Shown here in pieces: positions 25,420-36,633 of a stretch of 49,413 bases of DNA (position 1 is the first letter of the stretch; each line of letters begins with the position of its first letter). The translations under genes were made by a program, and so were the position numbers. A model generated the notes under the pieces. It did no database searches and was not told the origin of the DNA. It saw only the letters and a program-made list of their open reading frames with translations. Source of the DNA: Octopus bimaculoides (taxonomy: Eukaryota); contig NC_068996.1 in the NCBI RefSeq assembly GCF_001194135.2, positions 50,143,779 through 50,193,191 of the forward strand. The letters are read 5' to 3'.

Positions 25420-25855
25420 CTTATGCCTATACATACAGATACATACGATGGGTTTCTTTCAGTTTCCAGCTGCCAATTCCAGTCACAAAGGGCTGTGTGG
25501 TTAGAAGTTAGCTTCCTAATCACATGTTTCTGGGTTCAGTCCCACTGCAAGGCACCTTGGGCAAGTGTCTTCTACTATAGCCCTGGATCAACTAAATTCT
25601 TGCAAATTAAGTTGCTAGACAGAAACTTAAAGAAGCCTGTTGTATGTTTGTGTTTGTCTCACACCCCTGTTTGACAGTCATTTGGTCTGTTTATGTTCTT
25701 GTAATTTAGCAGTTCAGCAAAAGAGACTGAAAGAATAAATACCTGATATTTAAAAGAAAAAAAAGGACTTAAGGTTGATTTGTTCAAGAAAATCTCTTCG
25801 GGGCACTACCCCAGTGCGACCACACTCTAATGAGTAGAACAAAAGATAAAAAAGT
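25420..25855 (+). mobile_element. CORE-like SINE (+, from ~25490) abutting a partial minus-strand copy (25420-25490)
   Basis: B-box gggttcagtcccactgc with ggcaccttgggcaagtgtc. The upstream gatgggtttctttcagtttcc is the reverse of the SINE mid-block. Confidence 0.7.
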
Positions 25856-25880
25856 GTGCCTGTGCACACACATACACAAA

Positions 25881-25916
<36 letters not shown>

Positions 25917-26201
25917 TGTAACAATAATTCTAGGATGGAATTTATAAATATTTAAATCATCACTACGCATTTGCACACATCAGAGATGATTTTAACATCA
26001 GAGTCGGTATCCTTGGGATTAGTAAAGTATAGTCTATACTATCCATGGCCATCTGGTTGATCATCATCATTGATTCATTTCATCAGGCAATACTGCATTA
26101 TTGGATGACTCACAGAGGGATATTGATCTCTTCTTGTCAGTATGAAGGACAATCTAGCTATATTTGCATACCCCTAACATTACCATAAACAAGTTAAAAA
26201 G

Positions 26202-26459
26202 ATATATATCGTTGCTATTATGCAAAAGTGTCGTAAATCCAAAACGTTGCTTTGTCAGAAAACAATAAAAATAGTTTCACCATTCCATAGCAAAACCATT
26301 GTACTACACTTTGAAAATTTTTGCTATCTTGGCATTTGAAGCAGCTGCAGATATGGTAGTTTGAAAGTCTGACTATTGCAAGCAAAAATAAATACTGAAA
26401 AAAGCGCATTTGGCCAATTTGGACATACGACAGTTTAACATAATAGCAACGATATATAT
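26202..26459. mobile_element. MITE with ~41-bp terminal inverted repeats in a (TA)n site
   Basis: 26202-26242 atatatatcgttgctattatgcaaaagtgtcgtaaatccaa versus the reverse complement of 26419-26459, atatatatcgttgctattatgttaaactgtcgtatgtccaa. Confidence 0.75.
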
Positions 26460-26470
26460 ATACATATATA

Positions 26471-26992
26471 TCCTATTATAAATTCGAGTGATGTTTCTCT
26501 GTCTGTAACGTTTTTATGTTCGTTAACTCCTCCTAGACTGTTAGCGCAAGGACAATGAAACTCAAACCAGCAACTTCCCTAATCCCAGGGAACGTCCTAA
26601 GGGGATCTGTTTTTTTAATGGCTGCCTAATTGGGGCCCCACTCATGCCCTCCCCCCTTATTTTTACTGCATTTTAAACTAAATGGTGACCAAATCAGAGC
26701 AATGATAATGAATTTCATACCATGAACTCCCAGGGAGTATCATAAGGAGGTTTAATTTCTGAAGGGCCACTTAAATGGAGCCCCACTGTTCCCCCTATTT
26801 TTACTGTGTTTACCTCATTCCTATGCTTATTGATTAAACTCTGATCAGCATCAGTGCTTAACACATTTGCAGAAATAAGTTTGGGCATTCTAAATACCTT
26901 CACATACACTGAGATGAAGAGTTAAAACAGGTACGTTTCAGGTGTGGTTGTGTGGATGTTTATATTTTGTAGTTTATGAAACTTAGGTCTAG
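26471..26992 (+). mobile_element. Putative non-autonomous Helitron
   Basis: A|TCCTATTATAAATTCGAG...ctgtctgtaacg 5' end and CTAG|T at 26989-26993 (AT target, no TSD). No clear 3' hairpin was seen. Confidence 0.45.
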
Positions 26993-27109
26993 TACATACA
27001 TATATACATACACATATATATAGTTGTATATGTAAAGCATGGCAGCATATACAAAGTTCACCGAAAATCTCTGTTCATCCAGTGTCAACATGGGAAAATG
27101 AAGTTATCT

Positions 27110-27390
27110 GAGAGAATTGTAAGAGCACTGGACAGAATGCCTTTCAGCATTTGTTCTAGTTTTCTGCTCAATGAGTTTGAATTCTGCCAAAATGACAGGA
27201 ACTTTTGTCTTTTATCCTCCTTTCTGGATCAATAAGGTAAAGTACAAATCTAAGGCAATGGGTTGGCAGAACATGTTAGAATGTTTTGCAGCCTTGGTTC
27301 TGGTTCCTTGCTTTCTGAGTTCAAATCTTTCCATAGTCTACTTGGTTGATAGATTTAATATGGTACCTGGTTTAACACCGACGCCTGGTA
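27110..27390 (+). mobile_element. Two degenerate Meta-like SINE pieces
   Basis: gagtttgaattctgcc and gagttcaaatc B-box-like motifs, plus ttttgtcttttatcc..gatcaataag..aagtac. Confidence 0.5.
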
Positions 27391-27544
27391 CCTGAAGTAC
27401 CTTTTGTAGAGTCCACTCTGTTGCAAGCATTTGGGACAAATCTTTAGTTTTAGAATACCTTCTTCCATCCTTCACACCAGTCTTGGAGGTCCTATAAAAA
27501 GTTCATTGGTACTACTTTTCCACCTAACTAAGAAATGAAAAATA

Positions 27545-27920
27545 GATGAGCAGATGTGGCCATCTGGTGAGAGGTTTGTTTCCCAACAACATGGTTCTTT
27601 GTTCAGTCCCACTGCATGGTACCTTGGGCAAATGTCTTCTACAACAGCCTTGGGAGCGGATTTGGTAGGTGGATGTGAAAGAAGACCACCGAGTGTGTGT
27701 GTCTATCTGTCTGTCTGTCTTCCACCACCACTTGACAATTGGTGTTAGTGTGTTTACATCCCCATAATTTAATGGTTTGGCAAAAGAAACTAACAGAATA
27801 AGTACCAGGTTTTTTAAAAAATAGCTACTGAGGTTGATTTGTTTGACTAAAATCCTTCAAGGTGATGCTCCAGCATGGCTGCCTGTCTTACGAGTGAAAT
27901 GAGTGAAAGATAAAATAAAA
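27545..27920 (+). mobile_element. CORE-like SINE, degenerate
   Basis: gttcagtcccactgcatggtaccttgggcaaatgtc...cagaataagtaccagg...ccagcatggctgc. Confidence 0.75.
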
Positions 27921-28573
27921 TGAATTTATGTATATGTGTGCAATGTAAATGCACACATGCATGTATGTATACACATATAAAAAGATTATGTTTCTCAATT
28001 GTCCAAATAATAACATAGAAATAGTTGATAGTTTCTTGTTAGCTTTGTGATCTAATAAGCAGTGGAGGTCAGTGTTGTGAAAATGTAATAATCAGAATAA
28101 AGATGGGATGAAAAAAAATGTTCAGGGTACCGTATATCAAATGTGATGTGTGGTGAGATGATGTGAATAGTGGATGTACAAAAGGATATACAAAAGCTGT
28201 AAAGAAATGAGGCAAGCATGTTGTGATGGATGTGTATATCAGCATGCATGAATGAATGAATGTTGAGAGAAAAGCTACACATCAGATATTTTGGCTGTAG
28301 TCTGCTACAGAAGAGGCTGCAATCATTTGGACATGTTTGGTGAGAAAAGTGTTGAATGATGTAGTTAACGCTTGGAATGAAGACGTAATATCTTACACTC
28401 TTCTCAGGATGGATGGTAAACAATTGTGACAATCCATGTTGAAATGATTGTAAAGAATTCTTTAATTCTCAGAATGTATAATATTGCATTTTTAGCCATT
28501 AAAATTGCTAATTCTGTTAGTTTTTTGCTATTGTTGATGTGTTTTTTTTAAAGATTATAATGTCTATTTTCAG

Positions 28574-28608
28574 GTTACTTCAAAGATCCAATTAATAATA
28601 CAGGAGCA
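28574..28608 (+). CDS. Jupiter: Jupiter 35-nt microexon (phase 1 to phase 0)
   Basis: ctattttcag|GT TAC TTC AAA GAT CCA ATT AAT AAT ACA GGA GCA|gtaagt. Splice sites are consensus and the phases join the 16535 donor to the 34756 acceptor in frame (G-YFKDPINNTGA). Confidence 0.75.
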
Positions 28609-28890
28609 GTAAGTTTTTTTTAACTTATTTCCATCACTGCTTAACTTTTTTTTTTTTTTCTTAATTAATTTCCATTTTAACAGTTTTAGGTTCACATCTA
28701 GTTTTATCTCATATTACAGTATTCTTAATAAATTATATTACTGAAATGTAATTAAATATTAAATCCCTGTACTTTTGCAAGATTTGTTTTGAATTGTTAT
28801 AACTGCATTAGATCTGGGATAATTAGCATTAGAACTGTGAAAATATATAATTTGTAATGCATCAAAAGTTTATAGTCAATAATGTTAGTA

Positions 28891-29118
28891 GTAAGGCATT
28901 AAGCTGGCAGAAATGTTAGCACGTTGAGCAAATTGCTTGGCGGTATTTTGTCTGTCTTTACATCCTGAGTTCAAATTCCACCGAGGTTGACTTTGCCTTT
29001 CATCCTTTCGGGGTCGATAAATTAAGTACCAGTTGCATACTGGGGTCGATCTAATTTACTGCCTCCCACCCACTTCCCCCAAAATTTCGGGCCTTGTACC
29101 TAGAGTAGAAAAGAATAA
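28891..29118 (+). mobile_element. Meta/MESC-like SINE, well preserved
   Basis: gagttcaaattcc B-box, then gactttgcctttcatcctttcggggtcgataaattaagtaccag (Meta-like domain). Confidence 0.85.
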
Positions 29119-29600
29119 TATTAGTTGTATAAATTATTAAAGAACTGGAATACATAGCAGTTTTGTTTAAAATATTGGATAAATCAGATGAAATATTTTA
29201 AGGAAGAGTTGTAATCCAAAGAAGCGTGTTACTCTATCTGAACCATAAACTGTAACTTAGTTTTGACAGTTAGAGGTTAGTGTTTTTGTGCAAGAGTATG
29301 GTGTTAACAAAACAAACAGGTTGAGTTGTTCACTGCTTTTTCTGTGAAATACACTGATGCAAATGCTAAATCATGTTTGTGCAAGGAGGCGGATGAAAGT
29401 TGTAGAAAATGCAAATCTTAAGGAGACGGTGACAGTAATATGTCTATCACTGATCCCGTGGTATAGAAATTCAGTGTCACTGTCAAGCTAGTTAAGCATG
29501 TGAGTATCAAGATTTTCAAAGCAGCTAGTGATGGGTAGTCAGATATTGTCTTGATTTTCATACTTCAGTGGGTAGGTGAAATAGATGTCATTAGATCTTG

Positions 29601-29812
29601 ATTTCAAATTTTGGTACAAGGCCAGCAATTTGGGGGAGGTGGGGTGGGGGGAAGGCAAGTCAATGACATTGAGCCCAGTGCTGAACTGAAACTTATTTAC
29701 CAACTTCAAAAGGTTGAAAGGTAAAGTTGACCTTGGCAGAATTTCAACTCAAATTGTGAAGAAATGCTGCTAAGCATTTTGTCTGGCATATTAACAATTC
29801 TGCCAGCTCGCG
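29601..29812 (-). mobile_element. Meta-like SINE, inverted relative to 28891-29118
   Basis: Reverse-complement homology across head, central domain and the ggccttgtacc tail. Confidence 0.75.
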
Positions 29813-29884
29813 CTACCTGAAACATTTTACCCAGCGTGCAAAAAATTCTATCAGATCTCCACCTTAATGTCATTAAATATTGAT

Positions 29885-30003
29885 AGAAACTCTGCCAAAT
29901 CAGATTGGAGCCTGGTGTAGCCATCCAGTTCACCAGTCCGCAGTCAAATCGTCCAACTCATGCTAGCATGGAAAGCGGACGTTAAATGATGGTGATGATG
30001 ATG
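29885..30003 (+). mobile_element. RTE 3' tail
   Basis: gaaactctgccaaatcagattggagcctggtgtagccatc...ggaaagcggacgttaaatgatg, nearly identical to 45085-45203. Confidence 0.9.
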
Positions 30004-30394
30004 TCACAGCATGATTAGCAGATACAGAAGACAATGACATAGGATAAAGTGGTGTTGTTGCTGATAGTAGAGATAATGAAATGATGAAAACAACAAACTG
30101 TTACACAAGAAAACCGAACACTCTGTTATAAGAGAATCTTTGCTAACACCATTTCACACACTGACATGCCAACAGAAACTGTATTATCAACACGTAAAGA
30201 CAGACGAAATACTGCAAAGCATTTCGCCCGGTGTGCTAACATCTCTGCCAGCTCGCTGCCTTATAAATATATAATGTTAACCCCTACAGCTGTTCACTTA
30301 GGAAGCCAGCTAAAACATTCCAATCTCCCTCTTAGGACGTTTTAATGAAGCTAGTGTTTTATATCAGTTTACTTAATTAGTTGTGTTATATACA

Positions 30395-30550
30395 CTCTGC
30401 TGGGTGGTTGGTGTTAGGAAGGGCATCAGCTGTAAAAACCATGCCAAAATGACAAAAGCCTGGTGCAGTCTTCTGCTTAGCCAGTTCCTGTCAAACCGTC
30501 CAACTCATGCCAACATGGAAGGCAGATGTTGAACGATGATGATAATGATG
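30395..30550 (+). mobile_element. RTE-tail family repeat
   Basis: gggtggttggtgttaggaagggcatc...gaacgatgatgat. Confidence 0.8.
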
Positions 30551-30816
30551 ATTAATTCTCATGTGAAACATTAAGTGTTTAAAATAGTGGAAAGTTGTGT
30601 GATTATAGATCTGGAATCCTGACAAAAAGCATTGTGCTGTGCCAAAATGCTAAGCTCATTACTTTCATTGAAATTTGGTATTATCATTAATTAGAAGAAC
30701 TTGTCAACTAGTGGAAGTAGGAAAAAAAGGAAAAAAAAAAGGACTTGTCTCTCACAGCAAAATCGTTCACTTTATAATCTTGGTAAAATGGGTTCCAAAA
30801 AAATGAACATCTATTA

Positions 30817-31803
30817 TCAGGTCATCCCATAAGTTCTGTCCGGATTTTGAATAAAGAAAACAAGTGATCAAATGTTATATTTAATTGAAATTTAATCATC
30901 AATGTACTTTCCCTGATCATCTATGACTTCCTTCCATCTATTTACAAGCTTTAGAATCCCATCAATGTAAAACTCTTTTGATAGACTTGATTGTTGCATT
31001 AGGTGGTAACAATTCAATGTGAATTACTCCTTTGCAATCCCACCAGATAGAGAGAAAAACCTTTTTTCCATGAAGTTCCCTTCTCGCTTGTAATTGAGCT
31101 TTTCCCTTTTACCAAGCCACTGTTTACGACGTTTAACATTTCAATAGAAGATCCATTTTTCATCACCAGTCATAAATCTATCCAAAAAGTGTGAAATGAG
31201 TTTGCGAGAATGGAGAGAAGAGCAGATGTCAACTCGGGATTTGCGGTTGCTTCGGACAATTCATGAGGCACCCATTTTCCAAGTTTTGGAACCTTTCCAA
31301 GTTGTTGAAGATGAGATGAACAGTAGTATGGTTTGAACTAAGCTTTATTGCCAATTCTTCAACTGATAATGCAGGATTTTCTGCAAGTAATGCCTCAAGG
31401 AGCTTATCATCAAACTCAACTGGACGTCCTGTTCGATCTTCATTTTCAAGGCTGAAATCTCCACTTCTGAATTTTGCAAACCATCTCCTGCAAGTTCTTT
31501 CATTTAAGCATTCTTTCCCATAAACTGAGAGTATGTTTCGAGTCGCTTCGGCTGCAGAGTTTCCTTCTTTTGTACTCCTAAAGCATTATGTGCCTCAAAT
31601 GCTCTTTGGATACTTCCATGTTAAAAAGGGTTTTAATCAAAGAAATTTCAATTTTATTATTCTGTAAAATAATATTCAATTAGTTTAAATGTACACAAAT
31701 GCATAAGAATAATTTTTAATTCCATTAGACATTCTAAAATACTATTAAATTTCATTCAGTTTTAAAAAAGGTAAAATCGGACAGAACTTATGGAATGACC
31801 TGA
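30817..31803 (-). mobile_element. mariner DNA transposon, internally deleted, TIRs intact (transposase relic 31619 to 30892)
   Basis: TA + ~30-bp TIR tcaggtcat(c/t)ccataagttctgtccg + TA at both ends. Minus strand gives MEVSKEHLRHIML*...RWFAKFRSG...GKWVPHEL...TGDEKW...IWWDCKG...PPNATI / KEFYIDGILKLVNRWKEVIDDQGKYIDD*, with stops and frameshifts. Confidence 0.93.
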
Positions 31804-32204
31804 TACTTGTTTGAGTCATTGGACTACAGTCATACTTGGGGCTTCACCTTGAAGGATTTAGTCAAACAAATTGACCCCTGTGCTTATACTTTTTTTTTAA
31901 AGATTAGTACTTATTCTCTGGGTCTTTTTTTGCCAAATTGTTAAATTACAGGTATGTAAACAAATGAACATTGGTTGTCAAGTAGTGGTCAGGGCCAAAG
32001 ACAAAGACACAGAAACAGATGCACACACACACACACACGCACATCCCATGGGTTTCTTTCAGTTTCCATCTACCAAATCCCCTCACAAGGCTTTGGTTGG
32101 TTCAGGGCTATAGTAAAAGACACTTTCCTAAGGTGCTACACAATGAGACTGAACCCAAAACCATGTGGCTGTGAAGCAAACTTCTTACCATTCAGCCTGC
32201 TCCT
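31804..32204 (-). mobile_element. CORE-like SINE, full length, degenerate
   Basis: Reverse complement of the 1510-1911 family from tail to tRNA head. Confidence 0.8.
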
Positions 32205-32760
32205 ATATATTGTTAACTTCATTACCTGGGAAAAATACATGACTTCATTATTCTAGAATTTTTTTTTTTTTTAGTCATTTTAAGCACCAATTTGAGACAA
32301 AAAAAATTATGTTTAATATGACTTTCATTTTCCCTAACATCAAAAATTAATTCATCTGTCATCACTGTTTCATCATCATCGTCATCATAACATCTACTCT
32401 TCCATGCTTGCAAGGGGCCGGTGAAAATATGTTGGGGGAAGAGTTTTGATGGTTGGATGCTCTTCCTGTTGCCAGCTCCTACCCATTTCCAAAATGAGGT
32501 CATAATGCTTCAGAGCTTGAACAAAAAGTTGCCTGAGCATGTTTATGTGGAGAACTGGAGAAGAATGGTACCATTTGTGAAGTCATTGTTTCCAAACAGT
32601 GAGTGAAACGCATAAACATACACATGTGTGTTGTAGTAGAAGAGACTCACTGAAGGTACCATGCAGCAGGAGTGAACCTGGAACCAAAGTGGTTGGGAAG
32701 CAAACATTTTAACTGCGTAGCCATGCCTATGCCTTTGGTATTTGAAAATGTAAAATATTT

Positions 32761-33100
32761 TGGCTGTGCGGTAAGTTGCTTGCTTACCAACCACAAGTGT
32801 CTTCAACTATAGCCTCGGGCCAACCAGAGCCTTGTGAATGGATTTGGTAGACAGAAACTGAAAGAAGCCCATCGTATATATGTGTGTTTGTGTGTCTGTG
32901 TTTATCCCCCCCACCATCGCTTGACAACCGATGCTGATGTGTTTACGTCCCTGTAACTTAGCGGTTCAGCAAAAAGAGACCGATAGAATAAGTACTAGGC
33001 TTCCAAAGAATAAGTCCTGGGGTCGATTCTCTCGACTAAAGGTGGTGCCCCAGCATGGCCGCAGTCAAATGACTGAAACAAGTAAAAGAGTAAAAGAAAG
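32761..33100 (+). mobile_element. CORE-like SINE with the B-box region deleted
   Basis: A-box tggctgtgcggtaag...ccacaagtgtc (deletion), with the rest closely matching 1600-1911. A separate minus-strand head lies at ~32620-32730. Confidence 0.85.
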
Positions 33101-34410
33101 AGTACAGTAAATTCAAAGCTTGATCATTGTAAAGCTATTGTCTAGTCTCAGATTATCTCTGGTTGAGCAAGCATTGGGTAAAAGACGTTTCATACAATCT
33201 CAGTCGTCTATCTTGAACTACATTAAAATGTGTGTATCTTTTTTTTAATTTTTTCTTTCTAATTGTAAGAGGATAATAAGGTGTGATTTGAAGGATGTTT
33301 GGTTACTATTTCTAGCAAGTCAACTGATCAATTAGTGGTGAAGTGTTTGTTACAATAGACTTGTGGTGAAGTGGTTGTTGCAGTTGACAACAGATATGAT
33401 TGAAATATACTGCATGAACTAAAACAAACAGCGTTAATGAGAATAAACACAATCGGACAAAGCACACAGAAACAGAGATAAGAGGATAATTGGTTGGAGA
33501 AATTTGAAAGTCTTTTCTTCTATGATTGAAGTTTGGAATCTTTTCTGAGAGGCAGTTGAATAATAGAATTTTAGCAAAATGGAAATGTACGCCCTCTCCC
33601 ATTTATGCTTTGAAAGTATATTCCAATTAAGATGAAAAGATATGAAATTTTTCTTTAGCAACCAGTTGTATGAAACCAGAGAATTTTGTATACTTTTGTA
33701 TGAATTCCTAAAGCAATGGGTGAGACGAAAGCTTGGATTTAAAGTGGGCGTTGAAGTCAAAACAATGTGTAGTCTTTGGAGTTGTTAGTGGTAACTATAC
33801 AGTGGTGCATATAAATATCATTACCAAACAGATTCCAGAGGGTATTTATTACTATCAGTATCTTACTGGTTACCCATTTTGTTCTATTTATTAAGTCGGG
33901 AGAGGCTAGAAAAGGTTAGATAAGGTTCAAGTAGTAATTAGGAGAGTGTGAAAGTTTGATGGTATTTTTTAAGATTTGGTGATACAAGAGTATATCTCAT
34001 CATCATTGTTTTAACATTTGCTTTTCCTGTGTGTGTGTGTGTGTGTGTAAATATAAAATGAAAGTGTTGGAAAGACTTAATCTTATAATTTTGAAGTCAC
34101 CAGAATTACAGAAATCAGTGAGAAGATAAAATATTAATCATACTGCCCTGGAAGTGTTATTAGATTGGAACTTTATTAGGATTACAATATTACTTTTAAT
34201 CTTGTTTAGAAAAAAAATATTTACTCACAGATCAGTTGATGTATGTAGTGTTTACTAAAATAATTTTCATTTTGAACACTTAAAGCCGATTACCTTATTA
34301 ATGACAAAAAATTTTTTTTTTTAATACATATTATAATAAAGGAAATAATTTTATTTTAGAAAATTACTATTTGTAAATCTCACAACAAGAGCTATTCAGC
34401 AACAGTACTT

Positions 34411-34667
34411 TGTAGTAAAGATTGTTTGCCAACATAACATGGCAGTCCTGGTTTAGGATGAATGTTGCTGTAATTTAGTCCCAGGAGACATCGTCTCTAA
34501 CTGGCTATACGACACAATCTGTGTCCTTATATTTCCCTTGTTCTAAATATGAGGATACAGATCATGTCGTATACCAGCTGGAGATGATGTCTCCTGGGGT
34601 TAAATTACAGCAACATCTGTCCTAAACCAGGACTGCCATGTTATGTTGACAAATAATCTTTACTACA
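34411..34667. repeat. Long imperfect palindrome (foldback/MITE-like), ~124-bp arms and 10-nt loop
   Basis: 34411-34534 is the near-exact reverse complement of 34545-34667; the loop is cccttgttct. Confidence 0.9.
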
Positions 34668-34755
34668 TTATTTTATTTATTAAATACAAAATATATTCGT
34701 CATAATCTTTTTACAAGTTTAATTGTAAATGTCTGATTTTTGTTTACTTTTTCAG

Positions 34756-34827
34756 CCAGCCGATTCAGAAGTAATGCATACAAGAATTTCTCAACCTCCT
34801 GGTGGCCATTGTCATCAACTTTGGTGA
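34756..34827 (+). CDS. Jupiter: Jupiter last coding exon
   Basis: tactttttcag|CCA GCC GAT...TGG TGA encodes PADSEVMHTRISQPPGGHCHQLW*. The R-x2-x-PPGG-x4-LW* ending is typical of invertebrate Jupiter. Confidence 0.9.
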   Translation, partial: PADSEVMHTRISQPPGGHCHQLW

Positions 34828-36459
34828 TTTTGCTTGTTCAATTTGAAGATTTCAAAAATGTAAAAGTTTTGGCATACAGCAATTTGTGTACTTTAATATG
34901 TTAAAGGCACTTTAATATTGTTGATTCTTTTTAGCTTTAACAATTTCTCTCAAATATCAAAGTATGTAGCCATTCATAAACTTCAAAGTTTTACATTTTA
35001 GGTTGAGAGTTTTAATTCTATTATTGCAAATCAAACTACTTGGCAACTAAGGTTGATTTTATTCATTGTATTTAATCAACGATAAGTATTTTGTTTGATT
35101 TTGTTTTTGTATTTTTGAAACCTGAATATACACTCGTCTCGTGTATTGGACCCTTGCAGAAAGGACTGGAATGCATGTATGGTGCATAAATGTGGAAGTA
35201 TTCTTATTGGTAGCTCCCATCTAAACTAAAGATCAAGAAATACTATGTTCTGTTAATCAAATATAACACACAAAAAAAATGCAAAAAAAAAAATGCAATA
35301 TTTCAAATGATCATTTTCTTTGTATATTTCCATTATTTTGTACTTGATTAAAGTTTATGGTCTGTTCTTCATGATGCACACTTGGTAGGCATATATATTT
35401 CTAACACTTCAGTAGTTAACCAGTCTATAAAGCAGAATGGATTGAGGTAGAACCTTAGTTATTTATTCCTAAACCTCATCAGCATGTGTTACTTTATTCT
35501 AAAAATATTGCTGCACATTTCAACTTTAATTGAATTCTCTTAATTGTTATTCTCCCTTGAAAGCTTATATAAAATGCTTGACTTTGGGAAAAGAAGTGTG
35601 TGTTTGTTGGTTTAATTTTTTAAAAATCTTTTGGAGGTAAATACAAACAATTCAATATAGTTTAAAAAAAAAACTTCCATTCATACTGTTTAGATATAGT
35701 TAAAGCCTTCAAAATATATGTAGCCAAATTTTGTTTTCAACATTTATGTTAAAATTTTTTTCACCACAAATTTATAGATCTATAAAAGCTTTTATTTGCT
35801 GTCGAAGATGACTTCATAACTTTTGCTTCATTAAAGAAAATCAACACGATCTTGCATTTAGTATTGATTTTTCAATGGCAAAACTGGCTTTTTTTGTAGT
35901 GGCTTTTCACAAGAACAAGAGAATGCAAATCTGAATTGTTCCACTTGAATCAAAAATACAAATGCAACCAAGTGTTGTTACTTTTTACAATGTTTTAATT
36001 TATTATTTTTATTATTTCAAATATTCAGTTGACTTTTTTTTTCAACATTTCAACATTTTACAATTGGATTTTTACAACTTTTCCAAACAATAATTTTTTA
36101 ACTGCTTTTTTTTTTCATAAGCTTTTTTTTTTTGTAAGATACAAAATTTGTATTAAATCCTAGAGCTAGCCTTATATTTAAATATAAATTGACTTGATAG
36201 TCTATGTTGGCTATTTGAAAATATGTATGATTATATAAAATGCGAGATAAGGGAGATGATGAAGTTTTTGCCAAATGGCTTATGCTGGTTTATTGCCAAA
36301 TAATGAACACATTCAATACACTTCAAATCTTTATCACTGAGATGTCATGAATGTCATTCTTTCATGGCCTTATATGTAACTTTATTTTTAAAATTGTATG
36401 GATTTTGTCATTGCAAAGTACTCAGGCCTAACTTTTAATTTTTATAACTTTTATTGAGA

Positions 36460-36465
36460 AATAAA
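36460..36465 (+). promoter_or_regulatory. Candidate poly(A) signal of Jupiter (implies a ~1.65-kb 3'UTR)
   Basis: AATAAA followed by a U/GU-rich tract, at the end of a TE-free AT-rich stretch that begins at the stop codon. Confidence 0.4.
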
Positions 36466-36633
36466 ATTCTTTTATTTAAGAACAAATGTTTCTTTTCATA
36501 TTCATTGATTGTTTCCTTGTTTGTCTCGTTGAGCATGTGTTCTTCTTTAACATAGATTTAACAGGGAGATTTATGACTCTTCGTTTTCTCCCTAAGTTCA
36601 TTTAACTTTCATTGTTCAGCTTACAGTTTAAAC

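Noticed and set aside
35470-35490. CTGATGAG on the minus strand as a hammerhead
   Set aside because: No correctly placed GAAA or NUH, and no stem I.
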